This document shows, piece after piece, positions 26,877 through 41,183 of a stretch of 64,000 nucleotides of DNA; position 1 is the first letter of the stretch, and each line of letters begins with the position of its first letter. The stretch lies in the NCBI RefSeq assembly GCF_009914755.1, contig NC_060928.1; one strand, given 5' to 3'. The position numbers and the translations under genes were made by a program. The notes below the pieces were generated by a model. That model made no database searches, was not told the DNA's origin, and saw nothing but the letters and a program-made list of their open reading frames with translations. This DNA is from the human T2T-CHM13v2.0 reference genome, Homo sapiens.

Positions 26877-27175
26877 ATATTAGTTTTCTATTGCTGGTAA
26901 CAAATTATCACAAACTTAACAACTTAAAAGAATAACCATTTATCAGCTCACAGTTCTGTGGGTCATAACTCAGAAAAAGAAGGGACTTTTAAAGGATGGT
27001 AATATTATGTCAGGCTCATCCTTAATCTCCCTATCGAAAAGTCACCTGCACCATATTATATAACCTAATCATAGGAGTAAAATCTATCAAACACCCAGTT
27101 CTGTGAATTACGCAGGGGACACGCACACTAGTGCGAAGGAAATCTTGGGGCTATCTGAGAATTCTATCTACCAAA
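26877..27175 (-). mobile_element. MLT1E/D-type MaLR LTR with internal deletion
   Basis: 'tattagttttctattgctggtaacaaattatcacaaactta...cagctcacagttctgtgggtca' and the end 'atcttggggctatctgagaattctatctacc'. Confidence 0.75.
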
Positions 27176-27309
27176 GCAATCATCTTTTTCTCATGCTGTT
27201 TTTTCTCATATGGTCCTCATTGACCACGAGACTAGGTTAACCATAGCTGTCACAGTACCTACTATGATCTTGATCTTAATAATCACCATCTTTATTGTCA
27301 TTGCTTTTT

Positions 27310-27800
27310 TAAATTTTGTCTTCCTTTTTAAGCGATAGGCATGGTAATGTCAGGGACTGGTCTGGCTTGGTTACTACTACATTTCTGACACCTAACCCTT
27401 CCCTGGACTACACAAAATAGATGTTCAATAAATATGTGATGAAGGAAGAAATGAAAGCAAATTCTTATTAAATAAGAAGTAACTAATCAGACTACTCTTT
27501 AAGTTAATCCTTGTTCCTATTGTTCACATTTTAGCTCCAATTTTACCTTCCCACCTCATTGAAATATTGCAAATGTCCACCCTGGCTACTCCATGGATCA
27601 TCATTCTTTTTATTTACTTCCTATCTCTTATCACTTTATATAATTATCTCTGTTGCTTATGTGAGTACTTCCTTATTGTCTGACGCCCACTATATTATAA
27701 GACCCCAGAATTTTTCTGTCTCATTTACCCAAGTATCTCCACGGTTTTACCTAACACCTTGTCTATAATGGGTGCTCAATAAATGCTGAAAATATGAAGG
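27310..27800 (+). mobile_element. L2 3'-end fragments (two tails)
   Basis: 'cagggactggtctggcttgg...atagatgttcaataaatatgtgatgaagg' and 'cctaacaccttgtctataatgggtgctcaataaatgctgaa'. Confidence 0.6.
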
Positions 27801-29879
27801 CCTGGCAGAATTGTCTTACAGGGCATGGATAAAATTTCATGTCCCAAAGGGTACTCTGGATATTTAAAACCTCTCGACAAGCATTTCAGGACCTTTCTAA
27901 CATTTTGGGACAATTGTTTCAATCTTAACAAAGCTATCTGTAATTTTCACTCTAATTTCATAGTACATTTACCTCATATTTTGCTACCCCCAAATCAAGG
28001 ATGTTTTATGCAAATTAATTGACAAACTTAAGGCAATTATGAATGAAATTCATTAAGGGTTTACTATAACGTGAAAATTCTAATTTCATGATATAAATTT
28101 ATTTCTCTAACATTCACTTGGGTGTAATCTTTTTTTTATTTTCTACAAAGTGAAAATTGTTTTTTGTATTTGGCTTTAATAATTGCTTGTGTTCTGATTT
28201 TTAAACTTCTATTAGTCGGCATGTTTCTGTGCTGCTCCCTGTGTTTCCCTTTGGAAACTCAAAGTAAAAACAATATGAAATGTATCACTATTTGTAAAGC
28301 ACTTTAATCTTCCTAGAGCTTCCTGTGCCATCACCAACTATAACTCCAAGCATGTCATCCTATTCACTTTGTCAAATGGAAAGTAAAAGTTTTCTGGTAC
28401 TTTGCAGCTTGATAAAATGTCTCTTAGAAAATACCTTAATCAGCATAAATTTCAGTTGTTGTGCATACATTTTTTATAACTAAATGTTCTAATGCAGTTT
28501 TAGGTATCCTAAAATGTAATTATTTAGATAGTAACTGCAAGTAAATAAGTCCTTCATTCATTTTCTTTTAAATCCTGAAAGCTCAGTGCTCTAAATACTG
28601 CTTTGGTAGAAAATCATTGACAGCTGCAGACTCCTGGCACTTGAGACGGATTGATAAATGCACAACAACTTTTAGAAAACTCCATTCATTATTTACCAGT
28701 AATTATCTCCCACTAGCTCTTCTCTCGGCACTTACCCATTTAGTCTATCAACTGATTAATGCTAAATAACTTTCTAAGTCTTTGAGCTTAAAATAGTAAA
28801 TCTTAGAAACTGTCTTGGAGTTATGCGTTGTGCAGAACTTTAGAGTTTTTCTGTCTGATGAAAAAAGACTGAATTTTCATTTATCTTTTGATTTAGGCTT
28901 TTATTTTTTACACTTAACTTTGCCAACATGTACATTTCTACATTTTTCCTACACACATATCGTTTGTCCATAGTGAGTTAATTGCCTTTTAAACTCCATC
29001 CTCTTAAATATAATTTTGCACTGTCCTCTTTGTGCTCCTCTCTGTACTGTACCTACCACCTTTCATTACAGTCCCTATGAAGTTTTGAAATAATCACTTA
29101 TTCACACCACCGACTCCTCCAGCAGCCTGTGAAAATACTTAACCTGTTCCCCTAGTTTATAAATTCAGGCAACTAGAATGACAAAAGTGGATATCAATAA
29201 ATGACAACGGAAAATGTCCCAATCAAGATTAAATTACAGCAGCCTGCTCATCTACTCTTCAAATACTCTGCAGCCCTCATTCCAAATTCCACATCAGCTT
29301 TTAACCAGTAGGGTAAGTACATATTTGTGAAGCTTTCTCTATGTAGTATTAGTGTGTATCTTCACTTTCATCATTTTTACTGTACTATGAAAAATATGTC
29401 TTCATTTTATGGTTTTGAGAACATGTCGGGAAGTATAGCTGAAAATTCCGTGCCACAGGATTTTAGAGTGGAGGTTTCTAATAGTTTTGCTATTGTTAGG
29501 TCACCATGGAAGGAACATCATTGAAGTCAGTCAGTGTAGTTATGGTGCCCTGAGATCATCGCACTCTCGATGTTATTTAACTAAGATCTATGACCTCAAT
29601 TAGAGTGAAAAGGATTCATCTCTCAGCTCCACAGGCTTAGCAAAAGTCTCAGCCATTCAGTTCAAAGGATTAAATAACCCATGTTAGATGGTTACAATTA
29701 AGACTAGTAAATACTGTTTTATTTCCATTTAGTAACAGAATAGACACGCCTCAAGGTGCTTCCCATTAATAAGATGAATAAAATTAAACAGTTACATAAC
29801 GTGTCTATCCATAAATCATTTAAATTCAACTAAAGTACCTGACTAGCAGTGTTTTACAATAACAGGCATAGCTGCCATT

Positions 29880-30600
29880 TGACATAAACCTGGGTTCACT
29901 CTGAGCCAAGAACAAGATCAACACATTGAAGACTGTCCTTTTCAAAAGTCTGGCAAAAGAAATTTGGATTGTTGACCAAAACTTCTTAGTCACTTCCCAT
30001 GGGAAAAGAAGTTCTTTTGGAGGACAGTACTGAATAGCTTGGCATATGCTGACACTTCGTTACAGTCTTTTCAATAGCAGAATCATTTCCAGGCCACCAG
30101 ACACAGTGAATGATTCCTGAATGTGCTACATGTGGTGTGGCCAAGATGACAGTACTGCCATCTGGAATAATAACAAAATTTCTTCAAAACAGACATCCTT
30201 TATGGAAGGATAACTCATGCAGGTCATGCATCAAGGCCTTGATTTCTTTTGACATTTCCCCACTGGACTTTGCAGTCACAAGCAAAAGCACATTTATAGC
30301 AACAAAATACTACTGCAGATATGAACTACATAAACCACACCCTATTGCCTTTTGTAGCCTTCCAGATATTAGGAAGGGTATAGCATCCATTGATACATAG
30401 ATACTACTACTAGGCCTTTCCATCTGATGTGAAGAGGTTACATTATTGTTTGTCATGGGAAAAGATACAAGTTCACCAGTGACAGGGACACCATAGACTA
30501 CTGTGAAGATAATGGTAGTACCTGGATAAACAAAGACATCTTATCTCAACCTGTATCACGGAACATAAATTCAGCAGTTTATGGAAATATTCTGATTGAA
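29880..30600 (-). mobile_element. Ancient Gypsy/Ty3-type LTR-retrotransposon pol fossil (RNase H C-terminus, integrase HHCC, start of integrase core); MamGyp-int-like
   Basis: Manual minus-strand translation gives EIKALMHDLHELSFHKGCLF*RNFVIIPDGSTVILATPHVAHSGIIHCVWWPGNDSAIEKTVTKCQ, then after a frameshift ICQAIQYCPPKELLFPWEVTKKFWSTIQISFAR. This matches the Gypsy (Mag/K02A2.6-like) pattern ELS..GCLLWG.RVVIP..LH.GHPGI..YVWWPG...IE..V..C..CQ...PP..LHPWE....PW.RIHIDFAG. Confidence 0.85.
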
Positions 30601-32207
30601 AATAGCATTGCTTTATTGCCTAACTAACCCGTCTACCTCCCCTCCTGGATCCCCAAAATTTATTTGATACAGCCAATAGATTTTTTTGTTCTTGCTGTCT
30701 TTATTAATGACTTCATTATCCAGTGATTTTCAAACATTCTACTAAACCTACAAAACTTGTCTTTGTATTAAATCAATATAGAAGCTAAAGGTATAAAATC
30801 TGTAGGAGATTGTTGTCTTAACTCGAGTGAGGTTTGAGGTTCCCTGACAGGATAGATTGGTCCCCTTTGTATATAATCCCTGGAATTATTTCTACAGAAC
30901 CCTAGAGCACCAATTGTTTATTTTCAAAAACTCCTGCCTTTACTGTCATAATATTTACACAGTCACTTCTCTTTCTCTAGTTTGAAAGAAAGCCTGTTAT
31001 AAACGTGAATTCATCAGATGATGTTCAGAGATGATGTCTAACAAATGGATGTTTTGGAATAGGTTATTGAAGTAATAAAATACAAGGTCTTTTTTACTAT
31101 TTGTGATCTATTAAAATGGCACAAATAGTTGGACAAAAGGAAATATTCAGAAGGATGAAGGAAACATTCCTGAAGGAAAAATGTGAAAATTAATTGTATT
31201 CTTCTGCCAGTTGTCAACAAGCACCTTTGTCTATAACTTGCCTAATCTATAAATATATGTGTAAAATTTTGTCATTAGACATACATATCTGATCCTTGCT
31301 ATCATATTCCCTTCAGGCTAAAGTGGTGTGTAAAATTTTCTCTAGATGAAATATGTTGTGACTCAATTCACTCACAGTTTCACTCTTTGGCCAATTTGAT
31401 ATAGAGTACAAAAATAAGATCCCGTGTGTTTTTCAAATAAGTTGAATGACTGAATGAATATTTGTGCCACTGAATAAATGGGACGACTGACTGAATAATA
31501 TTTCGGCCATAAAGCATATGTGTTTTACAGTTTGATTATCAAGAAACGGCAAAGCAAAAATACTCTTGTTTGAAAATATGCAATACAAACAATGACACTA
31601 ACATGACAGCTTGCAAAAATACAAACATCGTTATCATATACTAGTGATGAATTATTTTTGTAAAAGTGAGTAAATTAAAATGAAAAATTAATTTCAGCTA
31701 TCACTAATAGTAAATTGATAAAAAATGGAGAAGACATGTAAGCAGTTATTATTCATTTACAGAACCAAAGGCAAGATAGATTTCTTTGGTTTTCAAATCA
31801 TGGCCTACCTGAAAAACTCTCTTGGTCCGGCACCCTGTGAATGATACTGCACACATGTTGAGGATATTTGGGATAGTGAGAGGAATATTGTGAGGAAGTG
31901 TTGTCAGAACTTCAGTAGGATTTTACAGTCCATCATCACTCAAATTGTTGATACAGACATAGATGGCCTTACTTGTTGCCTCTCTGATACACTCTTACCC
32001 ACTTATCAGTTGCTTCCTTCTCTGTCATCCGTATCACTTCATACAAATCTTTAGAAGCTTCCATACTGCTTTTGGTATTCTGCTTACCTAACAGCCTCTC
32101 CCTCTCCATCAGATTCTATTCAGAGGTAAGTATTCACTTTTGTGCCTTCTTTGCCTTGTCCCATGCCTAGGAAATAAGTGTCCAATTGGTGTCAGCAGAC
32201 TGAGTAA

Positions 32208-32577
<370 letters not shown>

Positions 32578-33742
32578 GATGTTATCCTCTTTTTGATAGC
32601 TAACTCACATATTCTCTGGCATATTTAACATTACCATAGAATGCTAACCCCTGGCATTCTGTTTTTTGAAACAAATTAAACCTGTAGTTAATGGCTCATT
32701 CAATGAAGCTTTTATGTCCATCATATTATCATGTCTTCCTTCAGTCTTCCTGTGGATCTTTTTGATGGCTTAGTAGTTTAAATGATTTTTATTACATTTT
32801 AAGAAATTTAAGAATACCGATACTGTATTTCTTCTTTTACATAGTAAATACATCATGTAAATGATTCCATTTATCATTAAAAATGGTTGTTAAATTTTTT
32901 ATTAATAACATATTGGTTATTGCGCTGCAATAATTTATCCCATTGTCTTTTATAATTATTCAAAGTAACAGCTATCCTAAGTGGTAGTTGAGCAGTTTAT
33001 TAGCACAAAGTCACTGAAAAAAAGTGCTATTGATTCTCCTTACTGCAATTAAGGAAACCCTTTATTCACTAGAATCAAGGAAGAAAGCTAGAGTGAAATA
33101 TGTCAAACACCACCAAGAGCAGTGTGCTCTGCTGCCACATCTAATGGCGATACCACAATTCTAATCAGAGAAGACAGTGCAGTTCCACACATACAAAACT
33201 AAGAATGCTAATGCTAATTTAGCTTGAGTACTCCAGTCAGTCAAAAATGGTAATTGAGCAAGTGATTATGGAACCCCTGAATGCAGAGAGAAGTTTAGCT
33301 GTACTATTATTTTTTTTTTTTTTTGCATGTCAAGCTTTAGAGAACAGTAGTTAATGTGTTGGTAAAAGGCTATCAGTAAAATGGATTTTTAACACTTGGT
33401 TGCTCAATGGAACCTTAAAAATTCCTATGATCTGCATTCCAGGGTATCTGTCGTACTAGATTTGCTATTGTCCTGTTTGTTGAAGCTTCGTCTATATGAA
33501 ACCAGTTAGATATATTGTTGGGTATGTACAGCTATTCAAATGTGTTTGGAATACCATCATGCAAAAATATACATAAAATGTTAGTCATTAGAATCATTTA
33601 ACAGATCAGCAAACTGCAACTCACAGGGTAGTGATTCCCAAATCCAGGTTACATAAGCTTCCTGGGTCCCATTTTCACAGTTGGTTGTACTTTGGCTCAG
33701 AAGAGATTTTGGTGTAGGTGATAGGCAAATGATACTGAAAGG

Positions 33743-33745
33743 TTT

Positions 33746-33796
<51 letters not shown>

Positions 33797-33836
33797 GTCT
33801 GTCTGTCTTTCTTTCTTTCTCTTTCTTTCTTTTTTT
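33743..33836. repeat. (TTTC)n/(TGTC)n compound microsatellite
   Basis: About 13 TTTC units, 3 TGTC units, then degenerate TTTC. Confidence 0.95.
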
Positions 33837-34425
33837 AATGTGCAGTTGACAAGTTAACTATTTCATAGTCTAATGTATTGCTATTACTCCATAAACTTTG
33901 AATATATTAAGACAATCCACAATGTGCTAGTTCTACTACTTCTTTGAATAGATATATTCTACAACAGGGTTGGTTTTGAATCATGGGGCTTAGCTACACA
34001 GAATTTTCATGGGCAGAATTATTTGAAAAACAAAATACCCGTACCCACCCTTTCACACCAACCTCATAACAAACCTGAAGCATATTAAGCCTTAGGAGAT
34101 TTGGTTCCCTACCAGACGCAGCTACCAGAGATTTTGGTTATTTTGCTCCCATACATACGAATTTATCTATTACAAAATATTTGTTCTCTAAAGATTTCAT
34201 TCTTCTGCCAATTCAAAGTTTTATTAAAACAGATTAGTGGAAGATTAAAATAGAAACAAGTAGGCTATTCTTTCTCCTTTAAAACAACAAAGGCAATCAG
34301 TATGTTGACATTATTTGTGACTAGTTTCTAAATTGTGCCATCTTTATAGTAGTTTGTATTATGTCTTTTGATAAATTGTGTTTGACATGTAGATGAAAGA
34401 GCAGAGGAAAACTACATTTTATGTA

Positions 34426-34449
34426 GTGTGTGTGTGTGTGTGTGTGTGT
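34426..34449. repeat. (GT)12 microsatellite
   Basis: Read directly. Confidence 0.95.
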
Positions 34450-35329
34450 AGGATAATGTTTTACAATGAAATCTGTAGAAACACCCTATTAATTTCATGA
34501 ACTAACTTCTAAAGAATATGTCAAAAATAAGTTGGCAGGTACATCTTAGCATTTATCAAGAGTAATATTGCCAGAATATGTTTCTATTTATATTGCTTAA
34601 AAGATGCATGAAAAAAATCTACTTTTTTCAAACATGGAAATGTAAATAAGGGATTTCAAATTGTTTGATTTTCTTCTAGGTCCCTGTCTATGACATCTAA
34701 ATTACATATTAGGATGATAGGTATATACAATTTTCTGTGGCCTCTAAAGGAAATTACTTTTAATTTTGTATAAATGTGAGAACAATATGTGTTTCCTTCT
34801 GTGTGTCCATCTCCGCCTCTTTCTCTCTTTCTTTTTGTATTTATAGGGGTAAATTTTTCATCTGACAGATTAAAAACATTAGATTACATCCCGCTTACAG
34901 TAATTACAGCTTACTGGTGATACTGTCATTAGCTGAGCAATTTTAATGTCTAATTTATAGCAATATAACGAGTGATTAATTCAAGATGAAATTTATCATA
35001 AAGTGTAATCACGATGAAATGGATAGGTACTCAATACAGAAGCTTTTAGCAGTCATATGTGAGGCAGTACCCAAAAAACATTTAAATAGTTTAAATTTCA
35101 AAAATCCAGCAGATGAGGTCCACATGGATATAATGAGCTGATCGAAGTTTTCTGTCAAAAATAACCAAAGCAACTGGTAGTTCGGATGGCTCATGTATAC
35201 CTTCTATTTGAAACAGGCAGAGATCTTAGCCCATCTTTGTGTCCTTGGTGTCCAAAACATGGTAGATCTAACATTCTTTTTTAAAATTAATTAATGGGGG
35301 AATGAATAAATAACAACTGAGTTACCCTG

Positions 35330-36172
35330 GCTTATAAAGCCCGACATTATCCCAGCTGAAAACTATTGACTTTCTTTTGCATTATTCACCACCTCAACCA
35401 CATTCAGCCAGAGTGTTCAGCTTTCCTTTCCTTGATCATGCCAATCTCTTTCCCACCTATCACAGCAATTTCTCTCCCTATAATCCTCTTCCCCTAAAAG
35501 TAGTCAGAGCATGGTTGTGTCTTTCTCATCATTCAAGTCTCTCCTATTCAAAGAAGCCTTCCAGACCACCTTAACTTCAACTATCATTTTCTGAAATGTT
35601 TGTGCATTATATACTTGAATATTAACTATAAGTTGGGTGCAGTGGCCCATGCCCATGATCTCAGCATTTTGGGAGACCAAGGCAGAACTACATGAGGCCA
35701 GGAATTCAAGACCAGCCTGAGCAACCAATATAGTGAGACCCCGTCTCCACAAAAAAATTAAAAAAAAAAAATAGCCAGGCTTGGTGGTTCATGCCTGTAT
35801 TCCTAGCTACTTGGAAGACTGAGGCAGGAGGATTGCTTGAGCCCAGGAGCTCAAGTTTGTGGTGAGCTGTGATCGTGCCACTCTACTCCAGCATGGGTGA
35901 CAGAGTGAGACTCTGTCTCTAAAAAAGAACAAAAAAACCATAATGTCTATAAACTATATATATAATATATTAAGTACATTATACGGACACACACACACAC
36001 ACACACACACACTTTCTCTCTCTCTCTCATTTAGAATGTTCATCTTCCTCTTCCACAGGAGTTTAAGCTCCATAAGGACAGCACTTTTGTTATTTTATTC
36101 ACGTTGAATGCAGAACAGGGCTTGGCTTACAGTATTTAGGTGTTTCATAAGAACGTAGTGAATAAATGAATA
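35330..36172 (+). mobile_element. L2a-like 3' region interrupted by AluJ and a (CA)n(CT)n tract
   Basis: 'cattcaagtctctcctattcaaagaagccttccagaccacctta' ... 'taagctccataaggacagcactttt...ggcttacagta...gtgaataaatgaa'. Confidence 0.65.
35632..35937 (+). mobile_element. AluJ
   Basis: Dimer with J-type 'ggaggattgcttgagcccaggag' and 'gtgagctgtgatcgtgccact'. Confidence 0.92.
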
Positions 36173-38302
36173 CTTTGGAAGTGTTTCCAAAATTTGTTCT
36201 CAAGTGTATCACATTGATCACTCCTATTGAAAAGAATTAAACATTATAATGTGAATAGGTGAGATATATGTTTCAGATATATATTTATTTTAGTTTATTT
36301 TAAATAAAAAAGAAATACATAGTGAACAACAGGAATTATTTTAAAAAGCATTAACAGATGGCATTCAATTATTAAATTATAGTTCATCTTTCATAGTAGA
36401 GAAATATGAAGTTGTTCAATGCTTGGAAATTGTTGTATGCATTACATGTGATAAAAGAAAAAAATAGCACTACCAAGGGGCAGGGGAAAATAATCTTTAC
36501 TAGATTTTACAGTTTAAAATTAGGTTGCTGAAATGTATATGGCAAAGGTGTGTGTGTGTAATTGTGCTTATATATTGTGTTTATAACTTTAGTGACAGGA
36601 AACAATATAAAATCATATGAATAACTTGTGATAACATCAGCACATAATGATCCCTTTCTTATCTGGTGTTTTATTGTACTATTCAAAAGTGCTAAATAAA
36701 AAATTCTTCTAAACATTTTTTTCATTAAGATGGATGGATATGTATTTTCTCCTTCTCTCCCCCTACACCCCATTTCTCTCCCTTTTTCATTTTTTAAAAC
36801 ATGTATTAGGTAAACAGAATGTTGGTAGATAGAAATATACAGATAGATAGAAACAAAAAGTCTTCTCTCCTGGAGTTGCGATGCCTGGTTTAACATTCTG
36901 ACTTGGTCACTAACTTGTTTTGCTTTTTTATTTTTTTGTTTTATAATTGTTAACTATGTTTTATTTACTTTTTTTTTTTAAAAGAACTAAATAACTTCAA
37001 TGGTCATTTAGCCACTGGGATTCTCTGATTCTTTTTTTTTCTGTTAATGTAACAAGTTAAAAGGTTAAGTAAATCTTTAGGCCTCAGATTTTTTATTTTG
37101 TTTTGGTTTGTTTTGCATATGAAAATTATAACTTAACCTAGAAGGTCCCTAACATGATGCAATTATTATTCTATTAAATACAGTTGAGTTAATTGATTAC
37201 AATTTGTTTTAAGTTAGTTACCAGAAGTTTAAAAACCATGTCCTGGTATTTATGCCAGCTGTACATTCAGGGTTCTCTTTGGCTATGACATCAGGGCAGA
37301 GTACTGACACTCATGAGTCAAGGAGCAGGGAAGAGGGTATAGGAAGCCAATAATTTAGAAACTTAATGACTTACACTCCACTTTCGAAACCGGCAAATAT
37401 TAGAATTTTTTTTAACTCAACTTTCCAAGGTAATAATTTTAAGTTTTCAGAGTTCAGTGACTTAGAGACACATTGCAACAAAATGTACAAAAGTCTTCTT
37501 GGCTCCATACTGTGAAAGACAGGGGAAAGAATATTGTCTAATGTTTTCTATGGATAAAATGGTTGCTTAATTTAAATGAAAATGTTTTTTACTACCTTGA
37601 GGGGCTCTTTTTCCTGTGAGTTTCTTTGGTGTTTCAGAGAGAGTAAGTCCTATTCAATTAAATGTATAGTGAAATTTGCGTATAAAAAGAAATAAACTCT
37701 CCAATAAATCTGTGGTCAGGTGTATGTGTGAGTGTGTGTCTGTGTGTGTGTTTGTGCTTATTTGTGTACATATAGGTTAAACTTTGCATTTGAGAAGAAA
37801 GTTTCTGAAATTGATTTAGAATAATTTTTATGTTTATTAACTTATTTTTAGTAGAGAAATTACAGCTTGTTTCATATCATAATTATGTTAACAATTTATT
37901 AGGATAAAATGAAAATGTATGCCAAACATCAACATTACTCTTTATTAATATCAATTTATGAACACATTTATGAAGAAAGAATATATGAAGAAAGCTGTTC
38001 AAATGTAATAACCAAGAAGACATATAAATGGCAATTAGTTAAACTGAAAACTTTCCAATTTCATCTTAGAAAAAGGAAACTAGCAATATGAAAATAACAA
38101 AAATCAAGCTTAATTTATGGAATTCTCCATGAAGAAAAATCCTTAATTATATACTGCATATTTTTGGTAAGGAGAAATGTTTTTATTCTACCTAAAATTT
38201 TTCTAGAATTGTAGAATTAAATGATGGAAATTGAAAATTAATTATTTGGATGATTAAAAATAAGAAAATCATTATTTTAATTTGAAAAAAAAATGTTAAT
38301 AC

Positions 38303-38744
38303 TCTTCTGCAGGGGGCAAATCCATGCAAGTATATCTTCAAAGTCAGAGGAAGCCAAGAGGCTTAAGGAAGAGGTGAACATATTGTTCTCAGAAAGAAAC
38401 ATTTTATAGGAAATTTGAACAGAAGCCATGCCTGTGCCTCCAGCAATGAGACATGCTGGCACAGCTCAGTGACCTTACCCCTTGGACCCAGGGCTTATAT
38501 ACCATAGGGAAAGAATGTGTAGGACAATTGCAGGGAAAGGCAAAGGTGCTCTGTGAATATGCCTAAGGGCAGGATTTATGGTCAAAGCTGTTTTGAAATA
38601 ATGCGGTAATTTTTGGTAAGTACATGCTCTTACTCAAGAAACAAAAGATAAACTGGAGATCTTAGAGGCCTTTCTAGAACTGGAGTTAACTAGAAGTCAA
38701 CATGGTGGATTAGTACCCAAGATGGAATTGCTTTAGCTTCCACA
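38303..38744 (-). mobile_element. MER67-like ERV1 solo LTR
   Basis: The reverse complement begins TGTGGAAGCTAAAGCAATTCCATCTTGGGTACTAATCCACCATGTTGACTTCT. A TATA-like 'TATATAAGCCCTGGGTC' and a 3' 'TGTTTCTTTCTGAGAAC' are present. Confidence 0.75.
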
Positions 38745-38949
38745 GATACCAACAGAAAATATAGTATTATAATAGTATTGAGTATAAGAATAAAGAAATT
38801 GGACTATGATAGAGCTCAAATTTCATAAAATGAAAATTTTTTTGTTTGGTTTGATTGTGCTTCTTTGGATCATATATCATGAAATATATTTATTATTGTA
38901 CTTATAATATCAGTCTGTAATCATTTAGATGTTTAGTTTATTAAGCTCT

Positions 38950-39130
38950 TCAATTCTATTATGTAGTATAGTTTTCACAGACTCATTTACTGAGGTAGAA
39001 TAGATCTTATTACTTTTATTTTAGGAATGAGGAAACAGAGATTTAGCTAAATCAAGTGTCTTAAGGAAGCAGCAAATTGAAATGCCAGGATCCAGTCCCA
39101 GCATTTTCATTCTAACTTCAACTTTTTTTT
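38950..39130 (-). mobile_element. MIR
   Basis: 'ttttattttaggaatgaggaaacagagatttag...aattgaaatgccaggatccagtcccag'. Confidence 0.6.
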
Positions 39131-39420
39131 TAATATAACCACGATTATATGTATTTTCAAAAAAATCATTTAAATGTTATATTATTAAAATTGGACTTGA
39201 ACTCACCTTGCTCCAGTATAAATTCTACATTCAAATCTTGATTTTTATGTCTAGGTTTACATTAGATAAATAAAAGATAAAAATTTAGATACGCTTCTAT
39301 TGTCAAAAGCCTTGTATATCTAAAGCTAAAATTACTTCTGATTTCCTATCCATAAAAGAGAGGTAGAGGGAGGGAAATCTTGCTGAATTTGATACTAGTT
39401 TAAACATCCTCTAATTGAGG

Positions 39421-39732
<312 letters not shown>

Positions 39733-40859
39733 TCCTCTAATTCTTATTAAAGAGCCCTGTCCTGAAACTTCTACTTCCCCCTATTCTTCTTACACTCAGG
39801 AAGAGAAAGGAGCAGGAACTGATAAAGGGACCCTTCTCACTTGGAAACCCTCAACCTTTGAATATCCAGATTTTCTGCTGCACATATAATTGATATTGTC
39901 ACAACATTTGGTCTCTTTTGTAGCAGTCTGTGACTGATTTCGTCTTGTTTTACTTTATTTACTGTAACTTCAAATGTTGTAGCGTCTTCCAATTAGTAGC
40001 CTCTTCATGAAGATAGGACTGAGTATTTTGCATAAGACATTCATTCAAAATAAAATGAAAGATTAAATTAACTTTATTAAAATGAAATGATTCGGATAGC
40101 ATCCTACTCATTAGCCTTTAGTTCATTTTAAAACAAATATAATATTATCGTCTATGCTTTCAAATAAATGTCATACCTCCATCTAATTAATAGTGATAAG
40201 CAGTTAAGAAAAAATAAAAATTGGGTTCAATATGACTTTTACAACACTATTTTAAACATCCAAAGAGTACTCAATTATTTTCCTACTTTCCATTACTTTT
40301 GAAAGCGAAGTATTAGATAGCTTTTAAAAAATTACAACATTTGTATGTATGAGTAAAGGTTAGAATTTAAAGACAGAAGCTACAAATAATATTTTTCATC
40401 TTTTCTATATGAAAAGACACCAGACCCATTTAATGCACGCCATGAGCGTTTGGGGACTTTGACAAGCTGACTTGTAGATGTAAAAAATCTAATTAAAATT
40501 GTTGTCAATTAAGTTACAGTGGTACTCAGATAATTGCATCACTCTTCAAAGATTTGTCTTCCAAACATTAATTTTAAGTATTTCAAACCATTTTATTTTC
40601 TTTTTTCAAAAACTTTCTGATGCAGACCTGGTGTTTTGTTGTTGGTAATTAGTGTTTACAATCATTCACATAATTTTTTAAACATTTGTTTTAGGCAGAA
40701 TTCAAGTGTGTATCCATAAAATCAGTAACATTTTGTTTTGTAATTAGAAAACAACTGGACTTTATTAGATGTAAATATTGTTTAAATTTACGGTGAAATT
40801 TCGTGTGCCAAGGAACTAGAGGTAGCAACTGAAGGATAATTCATGAAACTAAATATTAA

Positions 40860-41183
<324 letters not shown>

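Noticed and set aside
30110-30400. 96-aa plus-strand ORF (MIPECATCG...)
   Set aside because: It is the antisense shadow of the Gypsy integrase fossil, with no recognisable protein family.
31441-31510. Imperfect repeat 'tgactgaat..aatattt..gcca' occurring twice
   Set aside because: It resembles degenerate (TGAA)n L2-tail low-complexity sequence.
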